The notes under the pieces: model-generated
What the model saw: only the letters and a program-made list of their open reading frames with translations
Database searches by the model: none
What the model was told of the DNA's origin: nothing
Shown: positions 1 through 9,805 of the stretch, one piece after another
Layout of the letters: the number at the start of each line of letters is the position of its first letter
Numbering within the stretch: position 1 is the stretch's first letter
Program-made: the position numbers and the translations under genes
Assembly: GCA_963773035.1 (NCBI GenBank)
Contig: CAVYZX010000026.1
Location: 70,151-134,150, forward strand
From: an uncultured Acidobacteriota bacterium
GTDB taxonomy: Bacteria; Acidobacteriota; Vicinamibacteria; Vicinamibacterales; CAVVIG01
DNA length: 64,000 nucleotides
Direction of reading: 5' to 3'

Positions 1-1
1 C

Positions 2-346
2 GCATCGCAGTCGGCCAACTACAACGTGACGAGCGCGATCCTTCAGCAGTCGACGCTCGGCCGGCCTCTGGCGACCGGTCTGGCGTTCCAAACGGTGGAT
101 TTGACGCTGCCCGGAGATGTCTATCCGGACCGGATCAGCGCACTCGACTTGCGCCTGGCGAAAATCCTGAGGTTCGGACGCACCAGAACCAACGTCGGGA
201 TCGATTTCTATAACCTCTTCAACGCCAACACGGGCACGGCGTACAACCAGGTCTTCGACGTCCAGACGGCAGGCGCCACCTGGCTGCGGCCGACGACGGT
301 CCTCGCGGCACGGTTTGCGCGGTTCAATGTGACAGTGGACTTCTAA
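2..346 (+). CDS. C-terminal fragment of an outer-membrane beta-barrel protein (TonB-dependent-receptor-like), 5' end outside the window
   Basis: Reading frame is open to the window edge. Alternating strand-like sequence, 'GIDFYNLFNANT', and a terminal aromatic residue (...NVTVDF-stop) are typical of OM barrel C-termini. Confidence 0.5.
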   Translation, partial: ASQSANYNVTSAILQQSTLGRPLATGLAFQTVDLTLPGDVYPDRISALDLRLAKILRFGRTRTNVGIDFYNLFNANTGTAYNQVFDVQTAGATWLRPTTVLAARFARFNVTVDF

Positions 347-453
347 GAAGGCAAGGCCACTTGAATCGATGAGTGCATGATTGATGATCGATGATCTGGA
401 TTGCCAACGATGGCCAATCAGATCATTCGATCATCGTTGATCAGATCATCGAT

Positions 454-1824
454 TCACGCGAACTCAATCACGCCGGTGATGATCGTTCGATCTGCGGTGT
501 CCTGAACCGCCTGCCGGCTGTCGGCGAGCGTGTAGCGCTTGGTGATCACCGACTTCGCATCGATCTTTCCCTTCTCGATCAACTTCACGTAGCGCGGGAT
601 GTCGCGCAGGATGTGAAGCCCGCCCTGCTGCCCCGGATGAATCGTGCGGCCCAATAACGCCAGCGAGAGTCCCGGGAACGGGACGGCCAGCATCGTGAAA
701 CCCATCAGCATCACGTGTCCACCCATCCGGGTGCAGTCCCACGCTTGTAGAACCGTTTTGACGTTCGTGGGATCGGGTTGCGCCTCGACCTTCGGCGGAA
801 ATGCCTGCAGCCCGGCGGCTTCGACGACGAAGTCTGCGCCCCTCGCCATGACGGCATTCCCCGCCCGTCCCCAGCTGACTCCTCCGGCGAATCTCCGGTC
901 GTTCGGTCCCCTGCACAGCTCGCGCACGCGCTCGACCAGGCCCTCGCCTTCCGCCACAGGATCGAGCGCAAGGGTCGCACCCATCTTGAGCGCAAATTCG
1001 CGACGGTACTTGATCGGGTCGATCGCGATCACCTGACCCGCGCCCGTGACGCGGCCCGCCTGGATCGCGCCAAGGCCGACGGGGCCGCAGCCGAAGACCA
1101 CGACATCCGAGCCGGGTTCGAAGTGCATGTCCGCATGCCCCGCGGCAAAGCCCGAAGCCAGTTGATCTCCCAGCAGCGTGAGCTCTGCGGCCGGCAGGTC
1201 GGTGAACACCGGCACGCAGTATTCCTCGAACGCCGTCATGATCTCGCTCATGCCGCCGATGCCGGCCTGGGCGTAGACAGGCGTGCCATCGCGCATCTCG
1301 GCAAACGGCGGGAAGGGTTCCACGCCTTGAGCATTCGAGAAAAACGTGAACTGGCAATAGTCGGGGCGGCCGTGAAGACACTGATAGCACTGTCCGCACT
1401 GCGAGGTGCCGGCGACGACGACCCTGTCGCCCACCTGCACACGCTTCACCATGGCGCCCACGGCCTCGACGACCCCGAAACCGCAATGGTTTGGAACCTC
1501 CGCACGGCCGATGGTGTTGGTTCCGAGCGCGCCGCGCACGATTGTGTAGCACGGCGCCACGGCCGTGGAACGGATTACCACCTGACGCGGGTCGACCGGC
1601 CGAAGACGCAGCTCCTGAACGTCGAGCGTGTTGGAATGCCGAACGAGTCCGCGGAACCCACGACCGGTCTGTGTGCCGGCGAGCACCGCAGGCGCCTGGG
1701 TGTCCCGGGCGTCAGGTGCCGCGGTGCCGGTGAGAAAGGCCGCGCTCCCGCCAAGCGCGGCCGCGCCCGTTCTCAAGACCTGCCGCCTGGAGACCGGTCG
1801 CTTCCTCTTGAACTGAGCGGACAT
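454..1824 (-). CDS. Zn-dependent alcohol dehydrogenase family oxidoreductase with twin-arginine (Tat) signal
   Basis: ORF 454..2151 trimmed to the ATG at 1824, which has a GGAGAAGGAGA SD upstream. N-terminus is MSAQFKRKRPVSRRQVLRTGAAALGG. It has a CGQCYQC..C structural-Zn-like cysteine cluster and a VVVFGCGPVGLG Rossmann motif. Confidence 0.85.
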   Translation of the reverse strand: MSAQFKRKRPVSRRQVLRTGAAALGGSAAFLTGTAAPDARDTQAPAVLAGTQTGRGFRGLVRHSNTLDVQELRLRPVDPRQVVIRSTAVAPCYTIVRGALGTNTIGRAEVPNHCGFGVVEAVGAMVKRVQVGDRVVVAGTSQCGQCYQCLHGRPDYCQFTFFSNAQGVEPFPPFAEMRDGTPVYAQAGIGGMSEIMTAFEEYCVPVFTDLPAAELTLLGDQLASGFAAGHADMHFEPGSDVVVFGCGPVGLGAIQAGRVTGAGQVIAIDPIKYRREFALKMGATLALDPVAEGEGLVERVRELCRGPNDRRFAGGVSWGRAGNAVMARGADFVVEAAGLQAFPPKVEAQPDPTNVKTVLQAWDCTRMGGHVMLMGFTMLAVPFPGLSLALLGRTIHPGQQGGLHILRDIPRYVKLIEKGKIDAKSVITKRYTLADSRQAVQDTADRTIITGVIEFA

Positions 1825-1859
1825 GGTCGTTCTCCTTCTCCGCCAGATTCGGACGTGGC

Positions 1860-2939
1860 TCAGCGCCGGCCCGCAGCGTCGAGAAGCTCGTAGATTCTGG
1901 TGACCGCGATCAGAGGCACGCCAGGACCTTGAATGCCGGGAAAGTGATCCTTGTGTTTCGTCAGATCTGCGCGCTGCGCGGCCTGTTCTGCCGGAACACC
2001 CTGTTGCTTCAATCGACCGACCTCGGTCCAGACGTCGCGCAGGTATGCCTGAAAATAGTCGATCTTGGCTTTGTCGGTGAACGCTTCGCCATGGCCCGGC
2101 AGCACCGTGTCGAAGTCGAGCTTCTTCAGCTCGTCCAATGACGTGACCCATTCGTTCACGAACGCGTCGCTCATGTTCGAGAGCGCAGCTGTGAGAAAGT
2201 CGCCGGTGCAGACGACCTTCTCCTTCGGAAGAAAGACGACGACGTCGCCGGCGGTGTGTCCCCGGCCGACAAAGCGAATCTGAATCTCCCGCTCGCCCCG
2301 GAACAGCGTCATCTGAGTTTTGAGCGTGACGTTGGGCGGAGTTGGCTTGAGCTCGGCCTGCGCGAGGACGTTGTTCTCGGCGGCTTGAAGCTGCGTCTGG
2401 AGCGCGGCTTTTCGCGCGGCGTCGGACTCTGCGGCGACTCGCTGTTTGAGCTGTTCGACCTGTTGTGGCAGGCCGGCAAGGTAGTTTTTGAACAGCGGCA
2501 TGTTGGTCGATCCGCCGAGCAGCATCTGGCGTGTGAATTCGTGGCCGATGATGTCGACGCTCCTGTCGAACACCTGGTTGCCGTGCGCGTGGTCGAAATG
2601 GAAATGGGTATTGATGACGTAACGCACCGGCTTGTCGGTGATCTCTTTCAGCTCGTCGAGCAGGACCCAGGCAGCGGCCGGCGAGACGTGGTCATCAACG
2701 ACGATGACGTCGTTGTCGTTGACGATGACCGCCGAATTGCCAACGACCGCAAGGGAGCCTGTCCCGATGGCGTGGTAGATTCCATCTTTCACCTTGTTGA
2801 AGCGGAACGCTTTTCCGGTATGGCTCGTGCCTGCCGGGGCTTGCCGGGCTTGCGCCGCGACGCGCCCGAGCGACGGGAGTGGCGCCACAGCGACCGCGAT
2901 GAGAATCAGGCTCGTGACCAACGCCAGCACAATTCGCAT
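1860..2939 (-). CDS. MBL-fold metallo-hydrolase, exported (canonical HxHxDH)
   Basis: Trimmed to MRIVLALVTSLILIAVAVAPLPS (signal peptide). Contains NTHFHFDHAHGN, later GHTAGD and PGHG motifs. Confidence 0.85.
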   Translation of the reverse strand: MRIVLALVTSLILIAVAVAPLPSLGRVAAQARQAPAGTSHTGKAFRFNKVKDGIYHAIGTGSLAVVGNSAVIVNDNDVIVVDDHVSPAAAWVLLDELKEITDKPVRYVINTHFHFDHAHGNQVFDRSVDIIGHEFTRQMLLGGSTNMPLFKNYLAGLPQQVEQLKQRVAAESDAARKAALQTQLQAAENNVLAQAELKPTPPNVTLKTQMTLFRGEREIQIRFVGRGHTAGDVVVFLPKEKVVCTGDFLTAALSNMSDAFVNEWVTSLDELKKLDFDTVLPGHGEAFTDKAKIDYFQAYLRDVWTEVGRLKQQGVPAEQAAQRADLTKHKDHFPGIQGPGVPLIAVTRIYELLDAAGRR

Positions 2940-3127
2940 GTTTCCGTCCTCTTCATTGAAAGTCGACAAATCGTAGCAGATTGCACATCTGTTGGTGTCC
3001 GCCGCGACAGCCCTGGGCCGCTCGAATTCGAACACCACGGTACGCCAATCGCGGGAAGTGTCTTGCTTAAAAACATCCTACGGTAGTAGGTTTCAACCGG
3101 ACAAAAAATTGGAACGGAGAATCCGAC

Positions 3128-4519
3128 ATGGAAACGCTTGCGACGACAGCAGAGGGTACACAAGCCACACTCGGGGATGGACACCTGAAAGAACTGCAAA
3201 ATGCGATTCGCGGGGAGCTGATCGCGAATGATCACACCGGCTATGACGGGGCGCGTCGAGTGTGGAACGGCAACATCGATCGCCGGCCCGCGCTCATCGT
3301 CCGCTGCGCGGGCGTGGCGGACGTCCAGCAATCGGTGAATTTCGCACGTGCGCACAACCTGCGTCTGTCGGTACGGGGCGGGGGCCACAGCGCGCCCGGG
3401 TACGGGACAAACGACGGCGGCCTGGTGATCGATCAGTCGCTGCTCAAGGGGATTCAAGTCGACCCGGACGCGCGCACGGTTCGAGTGCAAGGCGGAGCGC
3501 TCTGGCGCGATCTCGATCACGAAACACAAGCGTTCGGTCTCGCCAGCACGGGCGGCACGGTGTCCAATACCGGCGTGGCCGGACTCACGACCGGCGGCGG
3601 GCTGGGCTGGTTGATGGGCAAGTACGGGCTCGCCATCGACAACCTGCTTTCAGCAGACATCGTCACGGCGGACGGACAGTTCCACAAAGCGAGCGCCAGC
3701 AAAGATCCTGACCTCTTTTGGGCAATCCGCGGTGGCGGCGGCAACTTCGGTGTCGCCACGTCGCTCGAATTCAGACTGCACCCGGTGTCGCAGGTCCTCG
3801 GCGGACTCGTGCTCTATCCGCTGGATCAGGCTCGAGATATGCTCCGCTTCTACCGCGATTTCTGTCCGACCTTGCCGGACGAGGCAGAAGCGTACGCGGC
3901 AGTGCTGACCGCGCCGCAAGGGATGCCCGTCGCAGCATTCATCCTCGGATACAACGGTCCGATCGGGGACGGCGAGAAGATTCTGGCGCCGGCCCGTCAA
4001 TTCGGAAAACCGATCGCAGATCTCGTCGGCCCAATGCCGTATTCCGCGCGACAAAGGCTCCTGGACGAACCGAACGCCACGCACGGTCTGCACCGTTACT
4101 GGCGCTCCGCGTTCACGGAGAAAATCTCGGACGACCTCGTGGACACGCTCGTCGAAGCCGCATCGCGTTTCAGTTCGCCGCTGAGCGCGTTCATCTTCTT
4201 CCACATGCACGGCGCGGCGGCGCGTGTCTCGCCCACCGAGACGGCCTTTGCCCCAAGGCGCGCGCAGTGGGATTTCGACGCCATCGGTCAGTGGGCGAAC
4301 GGAGCGGAGTCGGCGCAACATATTCAGTGGGTACGGTCCCTGTGGGACAAGATCGAGCCACAGCTGCAGGGCAGCGCGTACGTCAATCACCTGTCGCAAG
4401 ACGACAAGCCGGAAAAGATTCGTGCATCGTATGGAAGCAATTACGCGAGACTGCGTGAAATCAAACGGACTTACGACCCGAACAATCTGTTTCGGCTGAA
4501 CGCCAATATCGTGCCGTAA
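3128..4519 (+). CDS. FAD-linked oxidase (FAD_binding_4 / berberine-bridge-enzyme-like C-terminus)
   Basis: LSVRGGGHSAPGYG FAD-binding motif. The C-terminal ...YDPNNLFRLNANIVP is typical of BBE-like domains. No signal peptide. Confidence 0.85.
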   Translation: METLATTAEGTQATLGDGHLKELQNAIRGELIANDHTGYDGARRVWNGNIDRRPALIVRCAGVADVQQSVNFARAHNLRLSVRGGGHSAPGYGTNDGGLVIDQSLLKGIQVDPDARTVRVQGGALWRDLDHETQAFGLASTGGTVSNTGVAGLTTGGGLGWLMGKYGLAIDNLLSADIVTADGQFHKASASKDPDLFWAIRGGGGNFGVATSLEFRLHPVSQVLGGLVLYPLDQARDMLRFYRDFCPTLPDEAEAYAAVLTAPQGMPVAAFILGYNGPIGDGEKILAPARQFGKPIADLVGPMPYSARQRLLDEPNATHGLHRYWRSAFTEKISDDLVDTLVEAASRFSSPLSAFIFFHMHGAAARVSPTETAFAPRRAQWDFDAIGQWANGAESAQHIQWVRSLWDKIEPQLQGSAYVNHLSQDDKPEKIRASYGSNYARLREIKRTYDPNNLFRLNANIVP

Positions 4520-4654
4520 CAGGTTGCTGAAATAACCAGCAACCTGAAGTCTGAAGGGAGAGTTAAAAGGAAGAAGTGAGTCCACAGAGATTTCATCCGA
4601 CTTCTTCGTTCTGACTTCTGAATTCTCACTTCAGGCTGCGTTTTCAGCAGCCTG
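4520..4654. repeat. MITE-like palindromic element (repeat family R3, copy 1), bounded by hairpins whose arms resemble the IS5-family IS termini
   Basis: Starts directly after the TAA stop at 4517-4519. Left hairpin is caggttgctg-aaataac-cagcaacctg. Right hairpin is caggctgc-gttttca-gcagcctg. The internal purine-rich and pyrimidine-rich arms are homologous (in reverse complement) to 23895..24016. Confidence 0.7.
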
Positions 4655-4757
4655 CTTAGCTCAACCGTCGGGCCGCCGTTGCGGGGTTTTCCGTCCTCTG
4701 TCGCGTTAGGTGGCAGCGGAAAGACCAGTGAGCCAGACCACTGGGTTAGGAGGACGG

Positions 4758-5828
4758 ATGAAACGGCTGATCGTCACGCTGATGTTGCTCGCTGCGAGCG
4801 CACCGCTCGGAGCGCAATGGTTGAGATACCCGACTCCTGGCTTGCCGCGAACCCCCGACGGCAAACCCAATCTCACGGCGCCCGCACCCCGAACGGCCGA
4901 CGGAAAGCCTGACCTGTCGGGCCTCTGGCGGCTGAACGGTTTGGGGTATTCATTCAATATCTTCGGCGCCCAGAAGGTAGAGATGCTGCCATGGGCGGAG
5001 GCCGTGTTCGCCGAGCGCAGCGCGCGCTACGGGAAGGACGGCCCTTCGGCACACTGTCTCCCTCCCGGTCCGCGTGCGGGGCTGTTCGGTCAGGAACCGG
5101 TCAAATTCGTGCAGACACCCGGGCTGCTGCTCGTGCTCTACGAGGACGCACCCACCCGTCAGATCTTCATGGACGGCCGGGAACTTCCCAAGGATCCCAA
5201 TCCTGCCTGGATGGGGTACTCAGTGGCCCGTTGGGAGGGCGACACGTTCGTCGTCGAAAGCTCGGGGTTCAACGACAGAACCTGGCTGGATCTGACCGGC
5301 CACCCGCACACCGAGGCCTTGCACGTCACCGAGCGCTTTCATCGTCTGGACTACGGTCACATGCAGCTCGAGATGACGTTCAACGATCCGATGACGTACC
5401 GGAAACCCTGGACCATTGCGGTTGACGTCGAGTTGATCCCTGACACTGAGCTGCTCGAGAACGTGTGCAATGAAAACGAGAAGGACCGCGGGCATCTCGT
5501 CGGAACCGTCGCGGACGAAAAACAGGGAGAAGTGACGGTCTCGGAGGCGATTCTGTTCAACTATGCCGGCACCTACATGGCGGGACCGTTGGGCCACATT
5601 CGAATCACGGTCGATCACGGCCATCTGGCGTTCAATCTGTCCGGTGGCGGTGGACAATTTCTCGCGTTTGCGAAATCCGAAGAAGACTTCATTCTTCCCG
5701 CTTTGGGAGGAGTGGCGCTGAAGTTCGAGAAAGACGCGCACGGCGCGGTCGCGTTCCTTCGCATCACGTCGGTTGAAGGGGACATCAGAGCACCGCGGCT
5801 GCCCGACAACGCGGGCGGAATCGACTGA
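4758..5828 (+). CDS. Exported 'WEGD-motif' family protein, subfamily B, with an extra C-terminal domain of about 100 aa
   Basis: ATG at 4758 follows a TAGGAGG SD. Signal peptide MKRLIVTLMLLAASAPLGAQ. Motifs ADGKPDLSGLW, AHCLPPG, GYSVARWEGDTFVVE, LHVTERF, DP..Y.KPW, ENVCNENE. Confidence 0.8.
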   Translation: MKRLIVTLMLLAASAPLGAQWLRYPTPGLPRTPDGKPNLTAPAPRTADGKPDLSGLWRLNGLGYSFNIFGAQKVEMLPWAEAVFAERSARYGKDGPSAHCLPPGPRAGLFGQEPVKFVQTPGLLLVLYEDAPTRQIFMDGRELPKDPNPAWMGYSVARWEGDTFVVESSGFNDRTWLDLTGHPHTEALHVTERFHRLDYGHMQLEMTFNDPMTYRKPWTIAVDVELIPDTELLENVCNENEKDRGHLVGTVADEKQGEVTVSEAILFNYAGTYMAGPLGHIRITVDHGHLAFNLSGGGGQFLAFAKSEEDFILPALGGVALKFEKDAHGAVAFLRITSVEGDIRAPRLPDNAGGID

Positions 5829-5853
5829 CGCACGCGATCAATACGAATTCCGT

Positions 5854-5949
5854 CGAACCACGAAGAGACACGAGGCACACGAAGCTCTCCACTGTAGCTT
5901 CCGGCTTAAGCCGGAAGCCACTTTCGTGTGTCTTCGTTCTTCGTGGTTT
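5854..5949. repeat. REP-like hairpin (family R1, copy 1) nested inside 'cacgaag' inverted arms
   Basis: Core is gcttccggcttaagccggaagc (5897..5918). It is flanked by gaaccacgaagagacacgaggcacacgaag and the imperfect complement ctttcgtgtgtcttcgttcttcgtggttt. Confidence 0.75.
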
Positions 5950-5987
5950 ACCAGCGATCGGCCCAGCTCTGGCGCGCCGATGATGAT

Positions 5988-7298
5988 TCAGGCCTGTGAA
6001 GAGAGAGCCTTGACTCGGACCCCACCACGAGCGCGGTCGTAGATCCAGATCAAACCGAAAACCAGAAGCAGGATGGCGGGAAGGACGGCGACGGCTCGGA
6101 AGGACGTCTGCGCCGCGAGGCCTAGGATGCGCTCGAGCTCGGGCCCTGGTAGAAGCGCGTTGAACGCGGCTTCACCGCCCGCCACGTCAATTTTTCTGTT
6201 GTCGTAGATCGATCCCATGATCGGCAGCACGAAGCGGATCGACAACGTCCCGGCCGTGCCCATCAGCCCCATCAACAAAGCGCCGCCGCGCGGAAACCGC
6301 TCCGACGCCGTCGCCAGCATCGTCGGCCACAGATAGCAGACTCCCGTCCCCCACACGGTCGCCGCCAGCAGACCCGTCAACGGCGAATTCGCAGCACTCA
6401 ATGAGAGAAGGCCGAGCGAGGCCATGAGGCACGAGCACCACAGCAGCCCAATCGACGACAACTTGTGGACGAGGGGACCCGCAAAGTGGCGCATTACGAA
6501 CATGAGCGCGCTGACGTAGACCAGCAACAGGATCCCCGGCATGTGCACGGTTCGACTCAAGGCGAAGTCGACCCACTGGCCGGGCGCGAGCTCGGAAGCC
6601 GCTGTCAGGAACATCGACAGAAAGAGGACGATGAAGAGAGGATTCCGAAGCTCGCGGAACATCTCGGCCACCGATACGCCGGCTGCGGCCCGCTCGGTCG
6701 GTGGAAACCTGACGCCGATGCACAAGGTCACGACGGCGATGGCTGGCAAGACCACGACGAGGAGCTTGGGCTGCCAACCGATACCGGTAGCTGACATCGC
6801 GACGCCGAGCAGCCCTCCAATCACCAGGCCGCCTGGCCACCACGCGTGCAGACTATTCAGCTTCCCGGCTTTTTCTTTCGGATAGAGTGAGGCGATCAGC
6901 GGATTGATGACTGTTTCAACCAGCCCCCATCCGATTCCCGTGATCAGCGCTCCGATCCAGATGCTCGTATAGACGCTCGGGCCCGCCGACAGGGATCCGG
7001 CAGAGACCATGAGAAGGGCGCCGATCGCGAAGCAGACTCCCGCCAGGGGCAGCAGCAGGCCCATGCCGATGTAATCGAGAAGTGGACTGCCGATTGCGAT
7101 CGTGAGCGCGAATCCCAGAAACGGCAGGCCAAGGATGTTCGCGATCATCTCGGCGGAATGCGTCTTGTCGATCGGATCGAAGAAGACGCGCTGCAGATCG
7201 CTGGCCGTGTTGGCCCGCAGCGCCGCGCCGATGCCGGCCATCGCCAGTGCCAGGCTGCTGACGAGATAGAGACGGGTCTTGGAGTACCTCTCGTTCAT
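5988..7298 (-). CDS. MFS transporter
   Basis: ORF 5988..7763 trimmed to MNERYSKTRLYLVSSLALAMAG. The upstream extension reads through a REP repeat. About 12 hydrophobic segments over the full length. Confidence 0.8.
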   Translation of the reverse strand: MNERYSKTRLYLVSSLALAMAGIGAALRANTASDLQRVFFDPIDKTHSAEMIANILGLPFLGFALTIAIGSPLLDYIGMGLLLPLAGVCFAIGALLMVSAGSLSAGPSVYTSIWIGALITGIGWGLVETVINPLIASLYPKEKAGKLNSLHAWWPGGLVIGGLLGVAMSATGIGWQPKLLVVVLPAIAVVTLCIGVRFPPTERAAAGVSVAEMFRELRNPLFIVLFLSMFLTAASELAPGQWVDFALSRTVHMPGILLLVYVSALMFVMRHFAGPLVHKLSSIGLLWCSCLMASLGLLSLSAANSPLTGLLAATVWGTGVCYLWPTMLATASERFPRGGALLMGLMGTAGTLSIRFVLPIMGSIYDNRKIDVAGGEAAFNALLPGPELERILGLAAQTSFRAVAVLPAILLLVFGLIWIYDRARGGVRVKALSSQA

Positions 7299-7299
7299 G

Positions 7300-7348
7300 G
7301 CATTGATCTTCCGGCTGAAGCCGGAAGCTACACACGCGATTGATTCAC
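7300..7348. repeat. REP-like hairpin (family R1, copy 2)
   Basis: gcattgatcttccggctgaagccggaagctacacacgcgattgattcac. Lies between the MFS start and the stop of the upstream TIM-barrel gene. Confidence 0.8.
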
Positions 7349-7362
7349 AGGCTACATCCTGG

Positions 7363-8574
7363 CTACGAACGAAACGGCTCGCGGCCCGTCCCCTGGGCCG
7401 GGATCCCTTGATCGGCCAACACCTCGTGCTGCAGCGCAAACATGCACGCAGCGGCCTGATCGATGGCGCGGACGAAGCCGATCGAAGCTTGGAGGATCGG
7501 CTTGAGGCGCTCGCGATCCTGGAAGCGCGCCTTCGGGAACTCGTGCTCGACCACGAGATGCGTCTGCGCGATGTCGAGCGCCAGGAGCTCTCGAGCCGCA
7601 AGCTGATGGTCGAGCCAGTCCACCGTGCGGTTCTGAAGGTAGGCCAGCGGGTCGTGGCGCGCCGTCCCCGGCAGTTCGTGCTCGGCCAACACCGTTTGCT
7701 TCTTCCAGGCGTTGAGCTGATCCGCAGGCCGCGAAGACGGGCGGCCATCCAGCCAGTCGCCACGTTCCACTGTTTGGCCGCCGTACCCCCAGGCCGCTAT
7801 TCCCTTGCCGTCGATGACCTGGCCTTTCACGTGAAAGCCGTCGATCAGGAATGGGTACCCGCTGTCTTTCAGATACTGGAAGACGGAGCGCGAGTCCTGC
7901 CCCATCAGAATGGCGTGCGACGGGTCGTAGTGAATACGGAACTGGTCGCCGACGCCGTGCTTCTCGCAGATGCGATGCAACGCGATCCACGTTCCGGGCG
8001 TGTAGGCGATGTTGTTGTGGAAGCTGTCCCCGCTCGTCCATCCTGGCATGGGACACTGCTCGACCCGATAGATCAGACCGCACGCTTTCACGTCTTTGAG
8101 AAGCGGAATGAACTGCTCCTCGAAATCCCGCAGGTTCTCGTCCATGCTGTGCGACTGGTTCCGGCCGACGAAGCCGCAGATGGCCTTGACGCCGAGCAAC
8201 GAGGCGGCGTCCAGGACGCGCCGCATGAACGCATGCTTGGTCGCGCGGATCGCCGGATCGTGGTGCAGCATGTTGTCGAAATACCCGATGTCCGACAGCA
8301 CCAGGCCGGTGGCTTCGAGCGCGTCCTCCACCCGGCGGGCCCGCGTCGAGTCGAACGGCCGGCGGAGGTCGAGCGTGTTTGCAACCGGGTCGAGCATCGC
8401 TTCGGGCGGGACGTCGGCCTGATCCGGGTGAATGGCCGCGGACAGCTGGATGCCGTCGACACCAAGCTCCTGCGCGAACGCGATCCAGTCTTCAATCGCA
8501 CGATCCGGATCGGCGTCCCGTACCTCGCGCGGCGTCAACTCCTGCAGCGCTGCAGTGAGCACGCCCACCTGCAT
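7363..8574 (-). CDS. Sugar phosphate isomerase/epimerase family protein (xylose-isomerase-like TIM barrel, long form)
   Basis: Trimmed to [16 protein letters not shown]-barrel-like pattern (GVDGIQLSA..., ICGFVGRN..., HYDPSH). Confidence 0.65.
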   Translation of the reverse strand: MQVGVLTAALQELTPREVRDADPDRAIEDWIAFAQELGVDGIQLSAAIHPDQADVPPEAMLDPVANTLDLRRPFDSTRARRVEDALEATGLVLSDIGYFDNMLHHDPAIRATKHAFMRRVLDAASLLGVKAICGFVGRNQSHSMDENLRDFEEQFIPLLKDVKACGLIYRVEQCPMPGWTSGDSFHNNIAYTPGTWIALHRICEKHGVGDQFRIHYDPSHAILMGQDSRSVFQYLKDSGYPFLIDGFHVKGQVIDGKGIAAWGYGGQTVERGDWLDGRPSSRPADQLNAWKKQTVLAEHELPGTARHDPLAYLQNRTVDWLDHQLAARELLALDIAQTHLVVEHEFPKARFQDRERLKPILQASIGFVRAIDQAAACMFALQHEVLADQGIPAQGTGREPFRS

Positions 8575-8645
8575 GAACTTTGGCTCGAACGCCCGCACCG
8601 GCCGATTGTATCCGGTCGCACGCGGTTCCTCGGCCGGCTCAGTCC

Positions 8646-9572
8646 TTACGACAGGATTCGCTTCGCGTACTCGAAGCACTTTGCGACCTCTTGAATCGGC
8701 GTTCCCGCGCCGCGGTACTGGTACTCGATGTAGGTTCGGATCGGCCACTTCTCCCGTTTGAGCATCACGAGCACCTCGCGGATCGGCGTGTCGCCTTCCC
8801 CCCAGGAGACGTTGTCGCCCTCGTTCTTCTTACGGTCCTTGAGGTGAAGGTTCGTGATGTCGGCGTGGTGCTGCCGAATGTAGGCAACGGCGTCGAAATC
8901 GGCCGCGGTGAAGTGGCCGATGTCAAGATTGACCTTGAAATACTTCGACAGCTTCATCGCGGCGTCGAAGCTCTCCGGCGTGCAGAACTCGTTCGGATCC
9001 GTCCGGTTCGAGTGGCCGTGCATCGCCACGATCATTCGATGCTTGTCGGCAAACGGCACGACGCGCTTCGCAACCGTCAGATTGGTGGACGCCGTGATGA
9101 TCTCGGCACCCAAAGCCTTCGCCATCTCGAAGCCACGGTCGATCTCGGCGTCGGTCATGTCGCCGCTGAAGCTGTAGTTGTAGGCGTAGATGGAGATGCC
9201 CGCAGCGTCGAATCTTTTCTTGATCGCGCGGAAGTGGTCCAGACCCGTGTTGGTCCGCCAGGCACGCAGATCCTCTCTGGCTTTCTGCCGCGCGCGGTCG
9301 GCCTCGGGCGTGCTCGGTGCGCCTCGCCCGACGTTCGGACCTCGCGGCTCGACCTGTGGGGCCCACAACTCGCAGTCGCTCAGACCGCAATCGGTCATCG
9401 CCTTGATGACGAGATCGATGACGTTACCGTCCTGCGGCTTGGGAAGATCGCGAAAGCTATAGGTCTGCACGCCGAGCCGAACGCCCCCGAACGTCGAGTC
9501 GGCAAGACCGCTGAAGAGCGGCAACGCCAGCCCCGTCAGCGTCAGTCGTCCGAATTCACGTCGTGTATGCAT
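8646..9572 (-). CDS. Sugar phosphate isomerase/epimerase (xylose-isomerase-like TIM barrel) with Tat signal
   Basis: Trimmed to [22 protein letters not shown] (twin-arginine). Then GVQTYSFRD..., [15 protein letters not shown], which are typical of AP-endonuclease-2 / xylose-isomerase-like folds. Confidence 0.8.
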   Translation of the reverse strand: MHTRREFGRLTLTGLALPLFSGLADSTFGGVRLGVQTYSFRDLPKPQDGNVIDLVIKAMTDCGLSDCELWAPQVEPRGPNVGRGAPSTPEADRARQKAREDLRAWRTNTGLDHFRAIKKRFDAAGISIYAYNYSFSGDMTDAEIDRGFEMAKALGAEIITASTNLTVAKRVVPFADKHRMIVAMHGHSNRTDPNEFCTPESFDAAMKLSKYFKVNLDIGHFTAADFDAVAYIRQHHADITNLHLKDRKKNEGDNVSWGEGDTPIREVLVMLKREKWPIRTYIEYQYRGAGTPIQEVAKCFEYAKRILS

Positions 9573-9805
9573 GGGACCTCGCTGATCGAGCGAAACGGCG
9601 CGATCAAATGTTTCTGGGTTGCCCGCTGGCGCTATCACACCACCAATCGTCGCTTTTGTGAAATCGATTCCAATGGCCTGCAAGATGGCATTTCTAAATT
9701 ATAGGCAGACTGACGGCGCTCGAACTTCAGGAACCCCGTGATCGGGAAAAGCGGCCATATAATCCCGCACGCACAGGATCCGCCATTTCGGATCCAGGAG
9801 TCGAC

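Noticed and set aside
778-1893. 371-aa plus-strand ORF (and several others) antisense to the Zn-ADH gene
   Set aside because: It is Arg/Ala/Gly-rich with low complexity and has no motifs. It lies fully inside a well-supported gene on the other strand. This is a typical shadow ORF of GC-rich DNA.
7299-7763. 155-codon N-terminal extension of the MFS ORF
   Set aside because: It reads through REP copy 2 and into the 3' end of the upstream gene. The hydrophobic transporter sequence starts at MNERYS (7298).
7279-8694. 471-aa plus-strand ORF opposite the TIM-barrel gene, starting inside REP copy 2
   Set aside because: It is antisense to a gene with clear family motifs. It begins with the REP-encoded peptide IFRLKPEAT. 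Its composition is that of a shadow frame.
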